Assembly (NCBI GenBank): GCA_965116025.1
Contig: OZ220480.1
Location: forward strand, 960,001 to 1,024,000
Direction of reading: 5' to 3'
Origin: an uncultured candidatus Porisulfidus sp.
Lineage (GTDB): Bacteria > Pseudomonadota > Gammaproteobacteria > Poriferisulfidales > Poriferisulfidaceae
Length of the DNA stretch: 64,000 nt
The position numbers and the translations under genes are program-made. Each line of letters begins with the position of its first letter. Positions within the stretch are counted from its first letter, which is position 1. This document shows, in pieces, positions 30,501 through 40,477 of the stretch. A model generated the notes under the pieces. It did not search any database and was not told the origin of the DNA. It saw only the letters and a program-made list of their open reading frames with translations.

Positions 30501-31186
30501 CGCTCACGGTGACGATCATCGACGACCACACCCTGTTCCGGGAGGGCCTGCAAGGCTTGCTGGAGCGCCATGGGCTGAAAGTGCTGGACTCGGTCGGGGA
30601 CGCGGAGGCCGGCCGCGAGGCGATTGCCAAGCGTCGCCCGGAGATCGTCCTGCTGGACTTGCGGATGCCACGGGTTGGCGGGCTGGAGATCCTCCGAGCG
30701 CTGAGGGAGGACGGCGAATGTCCGCCAGTAGTGATGCTGACCACGAGCGACGAGGAGCGGGACTTAGTCGAGGCGCTGCGTTCCGGGGCGAGCGGATACC
30801 TTCTGAAGGATATGGAGCCGGATGCCTTGGTGATGGCGTTGCGCTCCGTGGTCAAGGGGGAGACCATCGTGGCTTCCAGGCTCACGCCGGCGCTGGCGCG
30901 GGTGGTGCAGGGCCACGAGCCGGAACCGCCAACGGCGGAGGAGGATCCGTTCGATGTTCTGACGCCCCGGGAGAGAGAGATTCTGGGTCTGCTCGCGGAG
31001 GGCATGAGCAATCGGGGGATCGGGAACGATTTGGGGATTTCGGAGGGAACGGTCAAGGTGCATGTGAAGGCGATCCTGCGCAAGCTCGAGGTGAAATCCC
31101 GGGTGGCGGCGGCGGTGCTCGCGGTGGAGCGGGGCTGGGGAAACCGGAAGCCCGCCGGGAGCGAAGGTGAGCCCGATTCGAATTAA
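30497..31186 (+). CDS. NarL/LuxR-family response regulator
   Basis: IIDDH, LLDLRMP, GYLLKD, LTPREREIL..TVKVHV. Confidence 0.92.
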   Translation: MTLTVTIIDDHTLFREGLQGLLERHGLKVLDSVGDAEAGREAIAKRRPEIVLLDLRMPRVGGLEILRALREDGECPPVVMLTTSDEERDLVEALRSGASGYLLKDMEPDALVMALRSVVKGETIVASRLTPALARVVQGHEPEPPTAEEDPFDVLTPREREILGLLAEGMSNRGIGNDLGISEGTVKVHVKAILRKLEVKSRVAAAVLAVERGWGNRKPAGSEGEPDSN

Positions 31187-31394
31187 GCGCTTAAAAGTTT
31201 GATTTTCTGATTATTTTTTGGGACGTGCGCGCGGCGTCGTGGCGGACGGTCGCGTCCGTCGGGAGGAGGAGAGGCGGTTGGTGGGGAACCGCGGTGGAGC
31301 GAGGCCGGTTCCAATATTCTTGTAACATCTCGCGCATACCATGCGCGCTCGGAATTTCCAGAATTTCGTCACAATCTTTACAAAGGAGGCCCCC

Positions 31395-33143
31395 ATGGTC
31401 ACGTGGAAATCAAGGTTCGCGGTTCCCGCCGCATTAATGCTCGTCGCGTCGTTGCCGGCTTCCGCCTTGGCGGGCGCCAGCGAGGAGATCGAGCATCTCA
31501 AGCGCGAGAACGCTCAAATGAAGGAGATGCTGATGCAGATGCAGCGGCAGCTCCAGGATGTCATGATGAAGACCAACGCCATGGAGCGGCAGGCGAGGAA
31601 GGCGGCCGAGGTGGAAGGCGAGAAGAAAGGCGGCACGGTCGCGTCCAAGAAGGAAGACATCACCATTTCCACGACTGGCGGCGGCATCAAGGTCAAGTCC
31701 AGCAATGGAAACGAATTCAAGATCGGCGGACGATTGATGTTCGACTTCGATTCCTACGATGAATTCTGGGCCGAAGAGAGCGCCGAGGAGAACGAGATTC
31801 GCCGCTCGCGTTTCACCCTCAGCGGCAAGGTTGGCAAGAACTGGTCCTACAAGTTCACGACCAACATCGATCATGAGGACGATGAGGCTTCTGTCGATAC
31901 CGGCTTCTTGAAGTACTCCAGCAAGCCGGTGTACATGAGACTGGGCAAGTACAAGCGTCCCGGCATGCTTGAGATGCGCACCAGTTCCAAATGGATCTCG
32001 ACGATCGAGCGCTCCATCGTGGGCGAGCTGGCCAGCGCCACGATCGGGAAGCCCGCGTTTGGAGGCATTGAGATCGGCTACGCGAGCAAGGGCGACATGC
32101 CGGTGAGCGGAGCGTTGGGCGTCTATGACAACGAGATTGACGAGACCGACGGAGGCGACGTTTATGGCGTTGGCGGGCGATTGTCCATCATGCCCAAATT
32201 CGGCGACGACTCTTTTCTGCATGCCGGCGCGTCGTTCTACAACGCGGACTACAATGGCGCGAACCACCGCATGCGCACGCGCATGGGCGTGCATACCACG
32301 GGTCGCCCGTTCGAGACTGATAACCATACGAGCGACGATGTCACCCAGTTCGGCGTGGAGCTCGCGTACGTCAACGGTCCGTTCTCGCTGCAGGGCGAGT
32401 TCATGAACGTCGAGTCCGACGGGACCGACAACAACAAATGCGCCGCGGCTGGCGAGTATACGCCCGGCGTGGTCGCAGTCGATGAGAAAATCGTGAATTC
32501 AGCCTATTTGACGGATGCGAACGGCCACAAGATCCAGGCTGCGAACGTCTTCGCGGATCTTACGGCGGAGCAATTGAAAAAGTCCGATGGCACGTCCTAC
32601 GACGGTTTGCAGGCCAAGTTGAATGATCTGTACGATGGCGACACCAAGACGTTTCCAGGATATACCGTAGTGAACGAGCATAAGAAGAAAGCGAAAATGG
32701 CGATGTACAAGGATATGTATAAGAACACTTGCGATCTCGAGATGGACGGCTTCTACGTCCAGGCCGCGTACACGCTCACGGGCGAGACCCGTGGCTACAA
32801 GTCGGGTTCCGGCGCGTTCGCCGCGATCAAGCCGAAGAACCAGGGCGGCGCTTGGGAGTTGGTCGCGCGCTACGAGGACTCGGAGGTCGATATCCCAGGC
32901 AGAAGCCTGAGCGCGGAACTGGAGCGCATGGTCCTGGGCGTGAACTGGTACGTCAACAAGAACGTCAAGTTCATGATGAACTACGTGGATTCCGAAATGG
33001 ACGGATGCGACGGGGGAACCAAGATGTATACGGCGGACGAAGGCGTGACCGTGCCGACTGATCATGGTATGAAGCATAAGTTCAAGAAATGCAGCGAGAA
33101 TGACGGGGACGCGGTCTCGCTTCGCGGCCAGTACGTGTTCTGA
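31395..33143 (+). CDS. OprO/OprP-family porin with large insertions
   Basis: RBS AAGGAGG; signal peptide, coiled coil, IRRSR, SSKWISTIER, GPFSLQGE, GAWELVARY, GVNWY, terminal F. Confidence 0.85.
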   Translation: MVTWKSRFAVPAALMLVASLPASALAGASEEIEHLKRENAQMKEMLMQMQRQLQDVMMKTNAMERQARKAAEVEGEKKGGTVASKKEDITISTTGGGIKVKSSNGNEFKIGGRLMFDFDSYDEFWAEESAEENEIRRSRFTLSGKVGKNWSYKFTTNIDHEDDEASVDTGFLKYSSKPVYMRLGKYKRPGMLEMRTSSKWISTIERSIVGELASATIGKPAFGGIEIGYASKGDMPVSGALGVYDNEIDETDGGDVYGVGGRLSIMPKFGDDSFLHAGASFYNADYNGANHRMRTRMGVHTTGRPFETDNHTSDDVTQFGVELAYVNGPFSLQGEFMNVESDGTDNNKCAAAGEYTPGVVAVDEKIVNSAYLTDANGHKIQAANVFADLTAEQLKKSDGTSYDGLQAKLNDLYDGDTKTFPGYTVVNEHKKKAKMAMYKDMYKNTCDLEMDGFYVQAAYTLTGETRGYKSGSGAFAAIKPKNQGGAWELVARYEDSEVDIPGRSLSAELERMVLGVNWYVNKNVKFMMNYVDSEMDGCDGGTKMYTADEGVTVPTDHGMKHKFKKCSENDGDAVSLRGQYVF

Positions 33144-33188
33144 CCGGTCTCCCGTATCGGGAATCCTAGATTCCTGATCGACTCCACG

Positions 33189-33229
33189 AAAATCCGCCGC
33201 TTCGGGAAACCGGGCGGCGGATTTTTTTT
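33189..33229 (+). terminator. Rho-independent terminator
   Basis: AAATCCGCCG..CGGCGGATTTTTTTT. Confidence 0.85.
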
Positions 33230-33289
33230 GCGCTCCGGGCCGGGCTTCGGTCAGATATTTCGGAATCCGGAAGCGGTCTCGCCGGGCCT

Positions 33290-34462
33290 GTGATAAACTC
33301 AAATTCAAGATCGAAGAACCCGTCCGCGGACGGACTCCCAAAAAGGAGGTGGATTCTGGAACAGTCGCCTTCACCAGCCTTTCCAGGTCGTCCGCCCAGA
33401 ATCCGCGGATTGACCTTCCCTCCCTCGTCTCGTTTTGGCTATCCGCTCGCGTGCGCATTCCTTAGCCTGTCTCTCGCGGCCTCGGCCCAGGCGCTCTCGG
33501 AGAACGAGATCGACCGTCTGGTGGACGAGGGCGCGCGCATGAAGGAATTGATGATGCGCATGCGGACTCAGCTAAGCCAGTCCACCACGATCAGCGACCG
33601 AGCGCTAGGTTTTCCGGGGCGGAATGGCGAAATCGGATTGGGCGTGGCGGACGATTCCCCATGGGCCTCGATATCGGCGATGCTGGATGGCTCGGCGCGG
33701 GAGCGATGGTTCCGGATGATCGAGCGGGGAGTTTTGGGTCGCTTCGCCGGCCCTTCCAGCGGCCGGGACCAAGACGCTCTGGCGCCCGCGGTGGTGGGTT
33801 TCGTGCATGGTGAGGAGATTCCTTGGTATGGCTCGCTGCAGTTTCGTGGATACGAGGATCGCTCGGGCGAGGCGGATTCCTCTGAGGTGCAGGCGCGGCT
33901 GATGGTGGCCCCGCGATTCGAGGACGGGAGCTTTCTGCATGTGGGGTTGTCGTTTCAGTCGTTCAGCTATTGGGGGGACGACACGGGTCTCGACTTGTCG
34001 CTTGGCGAGGAGTTGGAGTCACGAGGCTCCGGTCGGCATCTGGCGTTCGACGTAGGGTATTCGGGAGAGTCCTACGCGATCCAGGCTCAATTCCTGAAAT
34101 CCCAGATTCGAGCGGAAGTGTTTCCGTTCCGCGGGCGGGCGAAGGCGCATTCGGATGGCTTCCATATTCGGGGCGCCTGGAGGATCACGGGCGAGCGGAC
34201 GCGGAGCAGTTACGCGCCGGGCCTGCTGGCGTATATCGAGCCTAGGGACGAGGAGGGGATTTGGGAGCTGGTGGTGCGCTACGCGAACCTCGCCGACGCG
34301 CCGGACGCGCTGGACGGAAATCCGGATTCCATGCTGCTGGGGATTCATTGGCGCGCGGACTCCACGCTGGCTTTGGAACTGGACTATGTCGAGGGGAACG
34401 GGGAAGACTTCCGGGCGCTTAATGACGGCGGCCTGACCCTTCGCGGCACCCTCTCGTTCTGA
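33290..34462 (+). CDS. divergent OprO/P-like porin paralog
   Basis: SFLHVG, GFHIRGAWRITGE, GIWELVVRY, TLRGTLSF; start uncertain. Confidence 0.65.
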   Translation: MINSNSRSKNPSADGLPKRRWILEQSPSPAFPGRPPRIRGLTFPPSSRFGYPLACAFLSLSLAASAQALSENEIDRLVDEGARMKELMMRMRTQLSQSTTISDRALGFPGRNGEIGLGVADDSPWASISAMLDGSARERWFRMIERGVLGRFAGPSSGRDQDALAPAVVGFVHGEEIPWYGSLQFRGYEDRSGEADSSEVQARLMVAPRFEDGSFLHVGLSFQSFSYWGDDTGLDLSLGEELESRGSGRHLAFDVGYSGESYAIQAQFLKSQIRAEVFPFRGRAKAHSDGFHIRGAWRITGERTRSSYAPGLLAYIEPRDEEGIWELVVRYANLADAPDALDGNPDSMLLGIHWRADSTLALELDYVEGNGEDFRALNDGGLTLRGTLSF

Positions 34463-34478
34463 TCGACGCGAGCGCGGG

Positions 34479-35870
34479 ATGAGCGTGGCGCGTCGCGCGC
34501 GCGGGGTTTTCCGGGCGTTGGTCCCGGTTTTTTGGTTCGCCTTGGCGGGAGCGGGACACGCGGCGGAGCCTCGGCTGTCTTTGGTCGCGACTTGGGTTTC
34601 GGGCCAGCCTGGAGGAACCGAGTCGCTCTCGTATCAACCCAAGTCCCGCATGCTCGCCGTGACCGACGGCGAGGCCGGGAAAATCTATCTGGTGTCCCTG
34701 TCGAGACCGGACTTTCCGGTGGACGCCGGAGAGTTGGCTTTGGACCTGCCGGACCGCCACGTGATCAACGCCGTCGCCTTTCACCCGAATCAGGACGCGC
34801 TGGCGGTCGCCGTCGCCGGGCCGGTCGGTTCGGTGGGCGAAATACTGTTGCTGGACCTGCGGGGAAAGGAACTGGCTCGGTATCCCGCCGGGCATGGGCC
34901 GGATGACGTTCGATTCAGCCCGTCCGGGAAGTGGCTGGTGGCCGTGAACGAGGCCGAGGAATATTGGAGGGAAGAGGGCGCGTGGCGCTCATATCCGGGA
35001 AGCGTGACCTTGGTCGATCTCGCGGAGGGGCTGCTGATCGGGGCCGCGCGCGAGGTCCGGCTTGACGCTCTTTCGCGGCGGCGCGGCCTGACGGCCTTGG
35101 AGGATGGCAGATTTCTGGAGCGGGAAGTGGATGGCGGGGAGGTGGAGATTCCGCTGGACTCCCGAGATCCGACGAGCTTGGAGCCGGAATGCGCCGCGTT
35201 CGCCCCGGACGAGACGACCGTTTATGTCAGTCTTCAGGAGAACAATGGAGTGGCGGTGATCGATGTGGCGCGCGCCGTGGCGCGCGACGTCATCGCCTTG
35301 GGAACGACTGAGCATTTGGCGGATCTGAAGGACGACGGACGGGTCTCGTTCACGGATTCCCTGCGGGCTTTCCGGGAACCGGATCAAATCGCGGTGACCC
35401 CGGACGGACGATATCTGGTGACGGTGGACGAGGGAGACACTGACCCGAAAGCCTCGAGAACGTGGAAAGGGCCGGCGGGAGGGGGGCGGACGCTCAGCGT
35501 CGTGGACTTGACGATGGGCGAGGTGATTGGCGACACTGGCGGCCAACTGGACGAGATGGCGCATGCGGCGGGAGTCTATCCGGATGGGCGAAGCGATAAC
35601 AGGGGGTCGGAACCGGAAGGGGTGGTGGCGTTCGAGTCGGGAGGGGGATTCTGGGCGGTGGTCGCGCTGGAGCGCGCCGACGCGCTCGCGCTCGTCGACC
35701 TTGGAGAGCCCCGCGACCCGCGGGTGCGGAAAGTGATCTCCCTGCGCCGCGAGGGAGAGGGTCGGCTGGGGCCGGAAGGTATCGTCTCTTTCGAGCGGGA
35801 TGGCGCGCGCTACGTGGCGACCGCCAACGAGAAGTCGGGCACGGTCAGCGTCGCGCGGGTGGAGTTCTGA
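34479..35870 (+). CDS. secreted beta-propeller protein (choice-of-anchor I / alkaline phosphatase-associated type)
   Basis: Signal peptide; LEPE, SLQENNG, EPDQI, DGRSDNRGSEPEG, ANEKSGT. Confidence 0.7.
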   Translation: MSVARRARGVFRALVPVFWFALAGAGHAAEPRLSLVATWVSGQPGGTESLSYQPKSRMLAVTDGEAGKIYLVSLSRPDFPVDAGELALDLPDRHVINAVAFHPNQDALAVAVAGPVGSVGEILLLDLRGKELARYPAGHGPDDVRFSPSGKWLVAVNEAEEYWREEGAWRSYPGSVTLVDLAEGLLIGAAREVRLDALSRRRGLTALEDGRFLEREVDGGEVEIPLDSRDPTSLEPECAAFAPDETTVYVSLQENNGVAVIDVARAVARDVIALGTTEHLADLKDDGRVSFTDSLRAFREPDQIAVTPDGRYLVTVDEGDTDPKASRTWKGPAGGGRTLSVVDLTMGEVIGDTGGQLDEMAHAAGVYPDGRSDNRGSEPEGVVAFESGGGFWAVVALERADALALVDLGEPRDPRVRKVISLRREGEGRLGPEGIVSFERDGARYVATANEKSGTVSVARVEF

Positions 35871-35908
35871 AAAAAGACCCGGCCACGAAAGGGTTCATGG
35901 CCGGGTTA
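35869..35908 (-). terminator. Rho-independent terminator (U-tract on minus strand; possibly bidirectional)
   Basis: ACCCGGCCA..TGGCCGGGT hairpin followed by TTTTTT on minus strand. Confidence 0.75.
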
Positions 35909-35986
35909 GAAGCGTGAGCGGCCGACATCCGTGTCGACCTTTGACCGGACGTCCTGTCCGGCGTAGCCTCACTGGAGGAATAGGTT

Positions 35987-36058
35987 TTAGTCCAAGTAGC
36001 CCAAGTGGATCACGGTGAAGACCGCGGTCCAGATCATCAAAGCGGCGATAATTTCCAT
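35987..36058 (-). CDS. putative 23-aa hydrophobic peptide MEIIAALMIWTAVFTVIHLGYLD
   Basis: Lies between a consensus promoter and a terminator; one TM-length hydrophobic stretch; weak RBS. Confidence 0.45.
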   Translation of the reverse strand: MEIIAALMIWTAVFTVIHLGYLD

Positions 36059-36112
36059 GCGTGTTTCCGGTGGAGTTCTCGGAAGCCGCCCCGCGCGGCT
36101 TTCCAATAGTTC

Positions 36113-36142
36113 ATAATATAAGGATATTTTCATATATGTCAA
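36113..36142 (-). promoter_or_regulatory. sigma70 promoter overlapped by an AT-rich palindromic operator
   Basis: TTGACA-18nt-TATTAT on minus strand; ATATAAGGATATTTTCATATAT matches its reverse complement at 16/22. Confidence 0.65.
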
Positions 36143-36476
36143 GCCCCCATGTCGCGGGTCCTGCGCATGGTGGAGTCAAGAGCTGGGAAAATCAGGTTTT
36201 TCTGGAGGATTCCGCGCTGGCTTTCCTGGCGGGAAACACCGGTATCCCCTACATTTCCGGACGTTTCCGTGACTGCCGCCCTCGCGCGCTGGAAAGCGGT
36301 CTGGGGGTCGCGAGTCTATTCCGCCCGATCCTGGTCAGGATGGGTTGGATGAGGCCGGGCGCTCGCGCGCTATGATCGATTCGGTCATCTCGACCGGGAT
36401 CGCGCCGCTCGCTCGACGGAGATTCCTTACCGACGATGGAGAGCGGACGGAGAGATCGCTCGCTTTCGGCCTCGGG

Positions 36477-37085
36477 TCAGTCTTTCAGCCGCGGCGCGAG
36501 ATAGATCCCTTGCGCCAGCAGGAACAGGACCGGCAGGCCCAAGGCGAGGCCGAACAGCTTGAACTGCACCCAGATCTCTTCGGAGAATCCATACGCCACG
36601 TATAGGTTGAGGATCCCGCAGACCAGAAAGAATCCGACCCACGCGACGTTCAGTCGCCGCCAGGTTCGCGCGTCGCTCAGAGAGAACGCCTTGCCGAACA
36701 TTCGCTCCACGAGGGTGCGGGAGCCGATGTATCCGGACGCGAGGAATGCCGCCGCCAGTCCCCAGTAGAACGCGGTGGGCTTCCACTTGATGAACGAGGG
36801 GTCTTTCAGAAGAAGGGTCAGCCCCCCGGCGACCAGGACCACGGCCAGCGCGGCGAGGTGCGTGTTTCCCAGATCTCCCATCGCCCACAGAACTCCGCAC
36901 TGGACCAGCATGGCCGCGATCAGCGCGGATGTGGCAAAGTAGATCCGGTCCCCGGACTCCCCGACGGTCAGTTCCAGGGATGTCGCGTCGGAGAGCGCCT
37001 CGACCCAACCGACCGGCAAGTCGGGGTAGAAAAAGTACGCCACCACGAAAATCGTGATGGGCAACAGCTCGATGAACAGTTTCAT
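36477..37085 (-). CDS. yciB: inner membrane protein YciB/IspZ
   Basis: MKLFIELLP, FIKWKPT, WRRLNVAW, WVQFKLFG. Confidence 0.88.
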   Translation of the reverse strand: MKLFIELLPITIFVVAYFFYPDLPVGWVEALSDATSLELTVGESGDRIYFATSALIAAMLVQCGVLWAMGDLGNTHLAALAVVLVAGGLTLLLKDPSFIKWKPTAFYWGLAAAFLASGYIGSRTLVERMFGKAFSLSDARTWRRLNVAWVGFFLVCGILNLYVAYGFSEEIWVQFKLFGLALGLPVLFLLAQGIYLAPRLKD

Positions 37086-37109
37086 GATCGCGCCATTATA
37101 AGGAGCCCC

Positions 37110-37727
37110 ATGACCCAGCGTTTCTCGATCCACCCGGAGAACCCCCAGTCTCGCCTGATTCGCCAGGCAGCGGACGCGTTGCGGGACGGCGGATTGCTCG
37201 TCTATCCGACCGATTCCTGCTACGCTTTCGGTTGCTCGGTCGGAGACAAGGCCTCGATGGAGGCGATCCGCCGCCTGCGCGAGCTCGGTCCCAAGCATCC
37301 GTTCACGCTGGTTTGCCGGGATCTTTCGGAGCTTTCCCTGTACGCCCGGATCGACAACGCGGCGTACCGGATCTTGAAGGCTCACACGCCGGGGCCGTAC
37401 ACGTTTCTGCTAGGGGCGACGCGAGAGGTGCCGAGGCGCCTGATGGAGCCGAAGCGGCGCGTCATCGGACTGAGGATCCCGGACCATGAGGTGGTGCGGG
37501 CCTTGCTGGAGGCGCACGGCGCCCCTCTGATGAGCTGCACGCTGATGTTGCCGGACTTGGAGGACCCTCCGGTGGAGGCGGGCGAACTGTACGACCGGCT
37601 GAGGGGGCGGGTTTCCCTGATCATCGACAGCGGATTTTGTCCGAGCGTGCCGACCACCGTGGTGGACTTGACCGGTGGCGCGCCGGAGGTCATTCGTCAC
37701 GGCGGAGGCGACTTCCCCTTGCTATAA
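37110..37727 (+). CDS. yciO: Sua5/YciO/YrdC-family protein
   Basis: IHPENPQ, YPTDSCYA, TPGPYTF, TTVVDL. Confidence 0.88.
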   Translation: MTQRFSIHPENPQSRLIRQAADALRDGGLLVYPTDSCYAFGCSVGDKASMEAIRRLRELGPKHPFTLVCRDLSELSLYARIDNAAYRILKAHTPGPYTFLLGATREVPRRLMEPKRRVIGLRIPDHEVVRALLEAHGAPLMSCTLMLPDLEDPPVEAGELYDRLRGRVSLIIDSGFCPSVPTTVVDLTGGAPEVIRHGGGDFPLL

Positions 37728-37784
37728 TCCCATGATCGTGTCCAACCTCCCGTTTTCTTCCGGTTGGCGCCCGCCCTGCCCGTG

Positions 37785-38426
37785 ATGTCCGTAGCGCAGA
37801 CGCTGGCGATCTGGGCGATACCCGTTCTGCTGGGGATCACCGCGCACGAGGCCGCGCATGGCTGGGTCGCGAATCGCCTGGGCGATCCGACCGCGGCCCG
37901 GGCGGGCCGGCTGACCCTGAATCCGTTCCCGCATATCGATTTTCTGGGGACTCTGGTGTTGCCCTTGATCATGGTCACGTCCCTAGGGGTGGCGATAGGC
38001 TGGGCCAAGCCCGTTCCGGTCGACGCGTCTCGCTTGCGCCGGCCTCGGGAAGACATGGCCTGGGTCGCGGCGGCCGGTCCCGCCTCCAACGCTCTGATGC
38101 TGATCGCCTGGGCCTTGGTCGCCCGGATTGGCTTGGCGATCGATTCCGAGGCGGGCGTGATTTTGCTCGCCATGGGGCAGGCCGGGATCATCATCAACTC
38201 GGTCCTGATGCTGCTCAACCTGATACCCATCCCGCCGCTGGACGGCTCGGTCGTGCTGGCCCGGTGGCTGCCTCCGGATCTGGGAAGAAAATGGATGGCG
38301 TTCGGGCGTTATGGCCTGATCCTGGTGCTGGGCCTGTTCTTGCTGGGAGCCATGCATGGGGTCATCAACAAGCCGCTGATCGCGGTCATCGGGGCGGCGC
38401 ACCAGTTCTTCGGGCTTCCTTGGTGA
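37785..38426 (+). CDS. site-2 protease (M50)
   Basis: HEAAH, AAGPASN, NLIPIPPLDG. Confidence 0.9.
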   Translation: MSVAQTLAIWAIPVLLGITAHEAAHGWVANRLGDPTAARAGRLTLNPFPHIDFLGTLVLPLIMVTSLGVAIGWAKPVPVDASRLRRPREDMAWVAAAGPASNALMLIAWALVARIGLAIDSEAGVILLAMGQAGIIINSVLMLLNLIPIPPLDGSVVLARWLPPDLGRKWMAFGRYGLILVLGLFLLGAMHGVINKPLIAVIGAAHQFFGLPW

Positions 38427-38433
38427 GTTTCTG

Positions 38434-39648
38434 ATGGAGAGCGACGTTCCCGCTGGCCAGCGCGTCGTGTCCGGCATGCGTCCGACCGGGCGTCTGCACT
38501 TGGGGCACTACCATGGCGTCATCAAGAACTGGGTGACGCTTCAGCGTAGCCACGAATGCTTCTTTTTCGTGGCCGATTGGCACGCGCTAACCACGCACTA
38601 CGGGGAGTCGGACGACTTGGAAGACCATGCGTGGGAGATGGTGGTGGACTGGCTGGCTTGCGGAGTCAGTCCGGGAGCCTCGACCCTGTTCATCCAGTCA
38701 AGGGTTCCAGAGCATGCGGAGCTGCACCTGCTGCTTTCCATGCTCACCCCATTGAGCTGGCTCGAGCGGGTGCCGAGCTACAAGGAGATGCAGGAGCAGA
38801 CGGATCGCGATTTGGCGACGTATGGTTTTCTGGGCTACCCCCTGCTCCAGGCGGCCGATATTCTGACGTACAAAGCGCAACTGGTGCCGGTGGGCGAGGA
38901 CCAGGCCGCGCATGTGGAGTTCACGCGCGAGGTCGCCCGCCGCTTCAACCATCTGTATGGACGAGAGGAGGATTTCGCCCGACGAGCGGAAGGACTGATC
39001 GACCGCTTGGGGAGAAACGAGGCCCGCGTGTACCGAGACTGCCGTCGCCGTTTTCAGGAGCGCGGGGATTCGAACGCTCTGGATGTGGCGCGCGAGACGT
39101 TGCGCGGACAGCGAAGCATGTCGCTCGGGGACCTCCAGAGACTGGAGGGCTACCTGGAGGGGGAATGCCGCATGATCCTCCCGGAACCGAGCGAATACCT
39201 GACGGCCACCCCCAAGGTGCCGGGAGTGGATGGTCGCAAGATGTCCAAGTCCTACAACAATATCCTAGGCCTGCGCGAGGAGCCCGACGCGTTGCGCGGC
39301 AAATTGCGGGGCATGATGACCGATCCGGCCCGCAAGCGGCGCGACGACCCGGGCGATCCGGATAAATGTCCGGTCTGGGATCTGCACAAGATCTACTCCG
39401 AGCCCGCGACTCTCGAGTGGGTGGAGGAGGGGTGCCGGAGCGCCGGCATCGGGTGCACGGACTGCAAGCGCCGGCTGCTGGACGTGATGGTGGCGGAGTC
39501 GGAGAGGATTCGCGCCAACGCCAAGGAGTATCTGGCGGACCGGGCGGGAGTGCGCGCGTTGGTCAACGAGGGCTGCGAGGCCGCGCGCGATGTCGCGCGC
39601 GATACGCTGGAGGACGTCCGCGAGGCGATTGGGCTGGATTATGACTGA
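38434..39648 (+). CDS. trpS: tryptophan--tRNA ligase
   Basis: SGMRPTGRLHLGH, VPVGEDQ, KMSKS. Confidence 0.95.
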   Translation: MESDVPAGQRVVSGMRPTGRLHLGHYHGVIKNWVTLQRSHECFFFVADWHALTTHYGESDDLEDHAWEMVVDWLACGVSPGASTLFIQSRVPEHAELHLLLSMLTPLSWLERVPSYKEMQEQTDRDLATYGFLGYPLLQAADILTYKAQLVPVGEDQAAHVEFTREVARRFNHLYGREEDFARRAEGLIDRLGRNEARVYRDCRRRFQERGDSNALDVARETLRGQRSMSLGDLQRLEGYLEGECRMILPEPSEYLTATPKVPGVDGRKMSKSYNNILGLREEPDALRGKLRGMMTDPARKRRDDPGDPDKCPVWDLHKIYSEPATLEWVEEGCRSAGIGCTDCKRRLLDVMVAESERIRANAKEYLADRAGVRALVNEGCEAARDVARDTLEDVREAIGLDYD

Positions 39649-40477
39649 GCCAGGACGGGATGGGACTCCGGCGCAACGGGAGATGCCGCTGGCCTTGGTG
39701 CATGGCCAGCCGGTGGTCGATCTCCCGGAAGACTTGTACATTCCGCCCGAGGCCCTGGAAGTCTATCTGGACGCCTTCGAGGGCCCGCTGGATCTGTTGC
39801 TGTACCTGATCCGTCGGCAGAATTTGGATATCCTGGATCTGCCTCTGGTGGAGGTCACCGATCAGTACTTGCGCCATATTTCCCTGATGGAGGAGATGAA
39901 GCTGGAGCTGGCGTCCGAATACTTGGTCATGGCGGCGATGCTGGCCGAGATCAAGTCGAGAATGCTCTTGCCGATGCCGGAGGAGGAGGGGGAGGAGGAG
40001 GACCCGCGCGCCGAGCTGGTCCGCCGCCTGCAGGAGTACGAGCGCTTCAAGACCGCCGCGGAAAGCCTGGCCGATCTGCCGAGGCTGGAGCGGGACGCGT
40101 TCGAGTTCGCCTTAGATACCCGCGATCTCGCGGCGCCTCGCCCGCTACCTAAGGTCGGCATGCAGGATCTCCTGATGGCCCTGGAAGCCATGCTGGTGCG
40201 GGCCCAGTACAACGTGGCGCATGAGATCGAGACCGAGTCGCTGTCCGTTCAGGACCGGATGGCGGACATCCTGGACAAACTGGACGCCGGCGAGAGCCAC
40301 CTTTTCACGAGCCTGTTCACGGCGGGGGAGGGACGCCAAGGCATGGCGGTCTCTTTGCTGGCGATCCTCGAGCTGCTCAAGCTCGGCATGATCGATTTCC
40401 GTCAGCGGGAGTTCGGCGGCCCGATCACGATTTTCCGTCGCGCGCGCGGAGCGACCGAGGACGCGGGCCATGCCTGA
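39641..40477 (+). CDS. scpA: segregation and condensation protein A
   Basis: FEGPLDLLLYLI, EIKSRMLLP. Confidence 0.93.
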   Translation: MTEPGRDGTPAQREMPLALVHGQPVVDLPEDLYIPPEALEVYLDAFEGPLDLLLYLIRRQNLDILDLPLVEVTDQYLRHISLMEEMKLELASEYLVMAAMLAEIKSRMLLPMPEEEGEEEDPRAELVRRLQEYERFKTAAESLADLPRLERDAFEFALDTRDLAAPRPLPKVGMQDLLMALEAMLVRAQYNVAHEIETESLSVQDRMADILDKLDAGESHLFTSLFTAGEGRQGMAVSLLAILELLKLGMIDFRQREFGGPITIFRRARGATEDAGHA

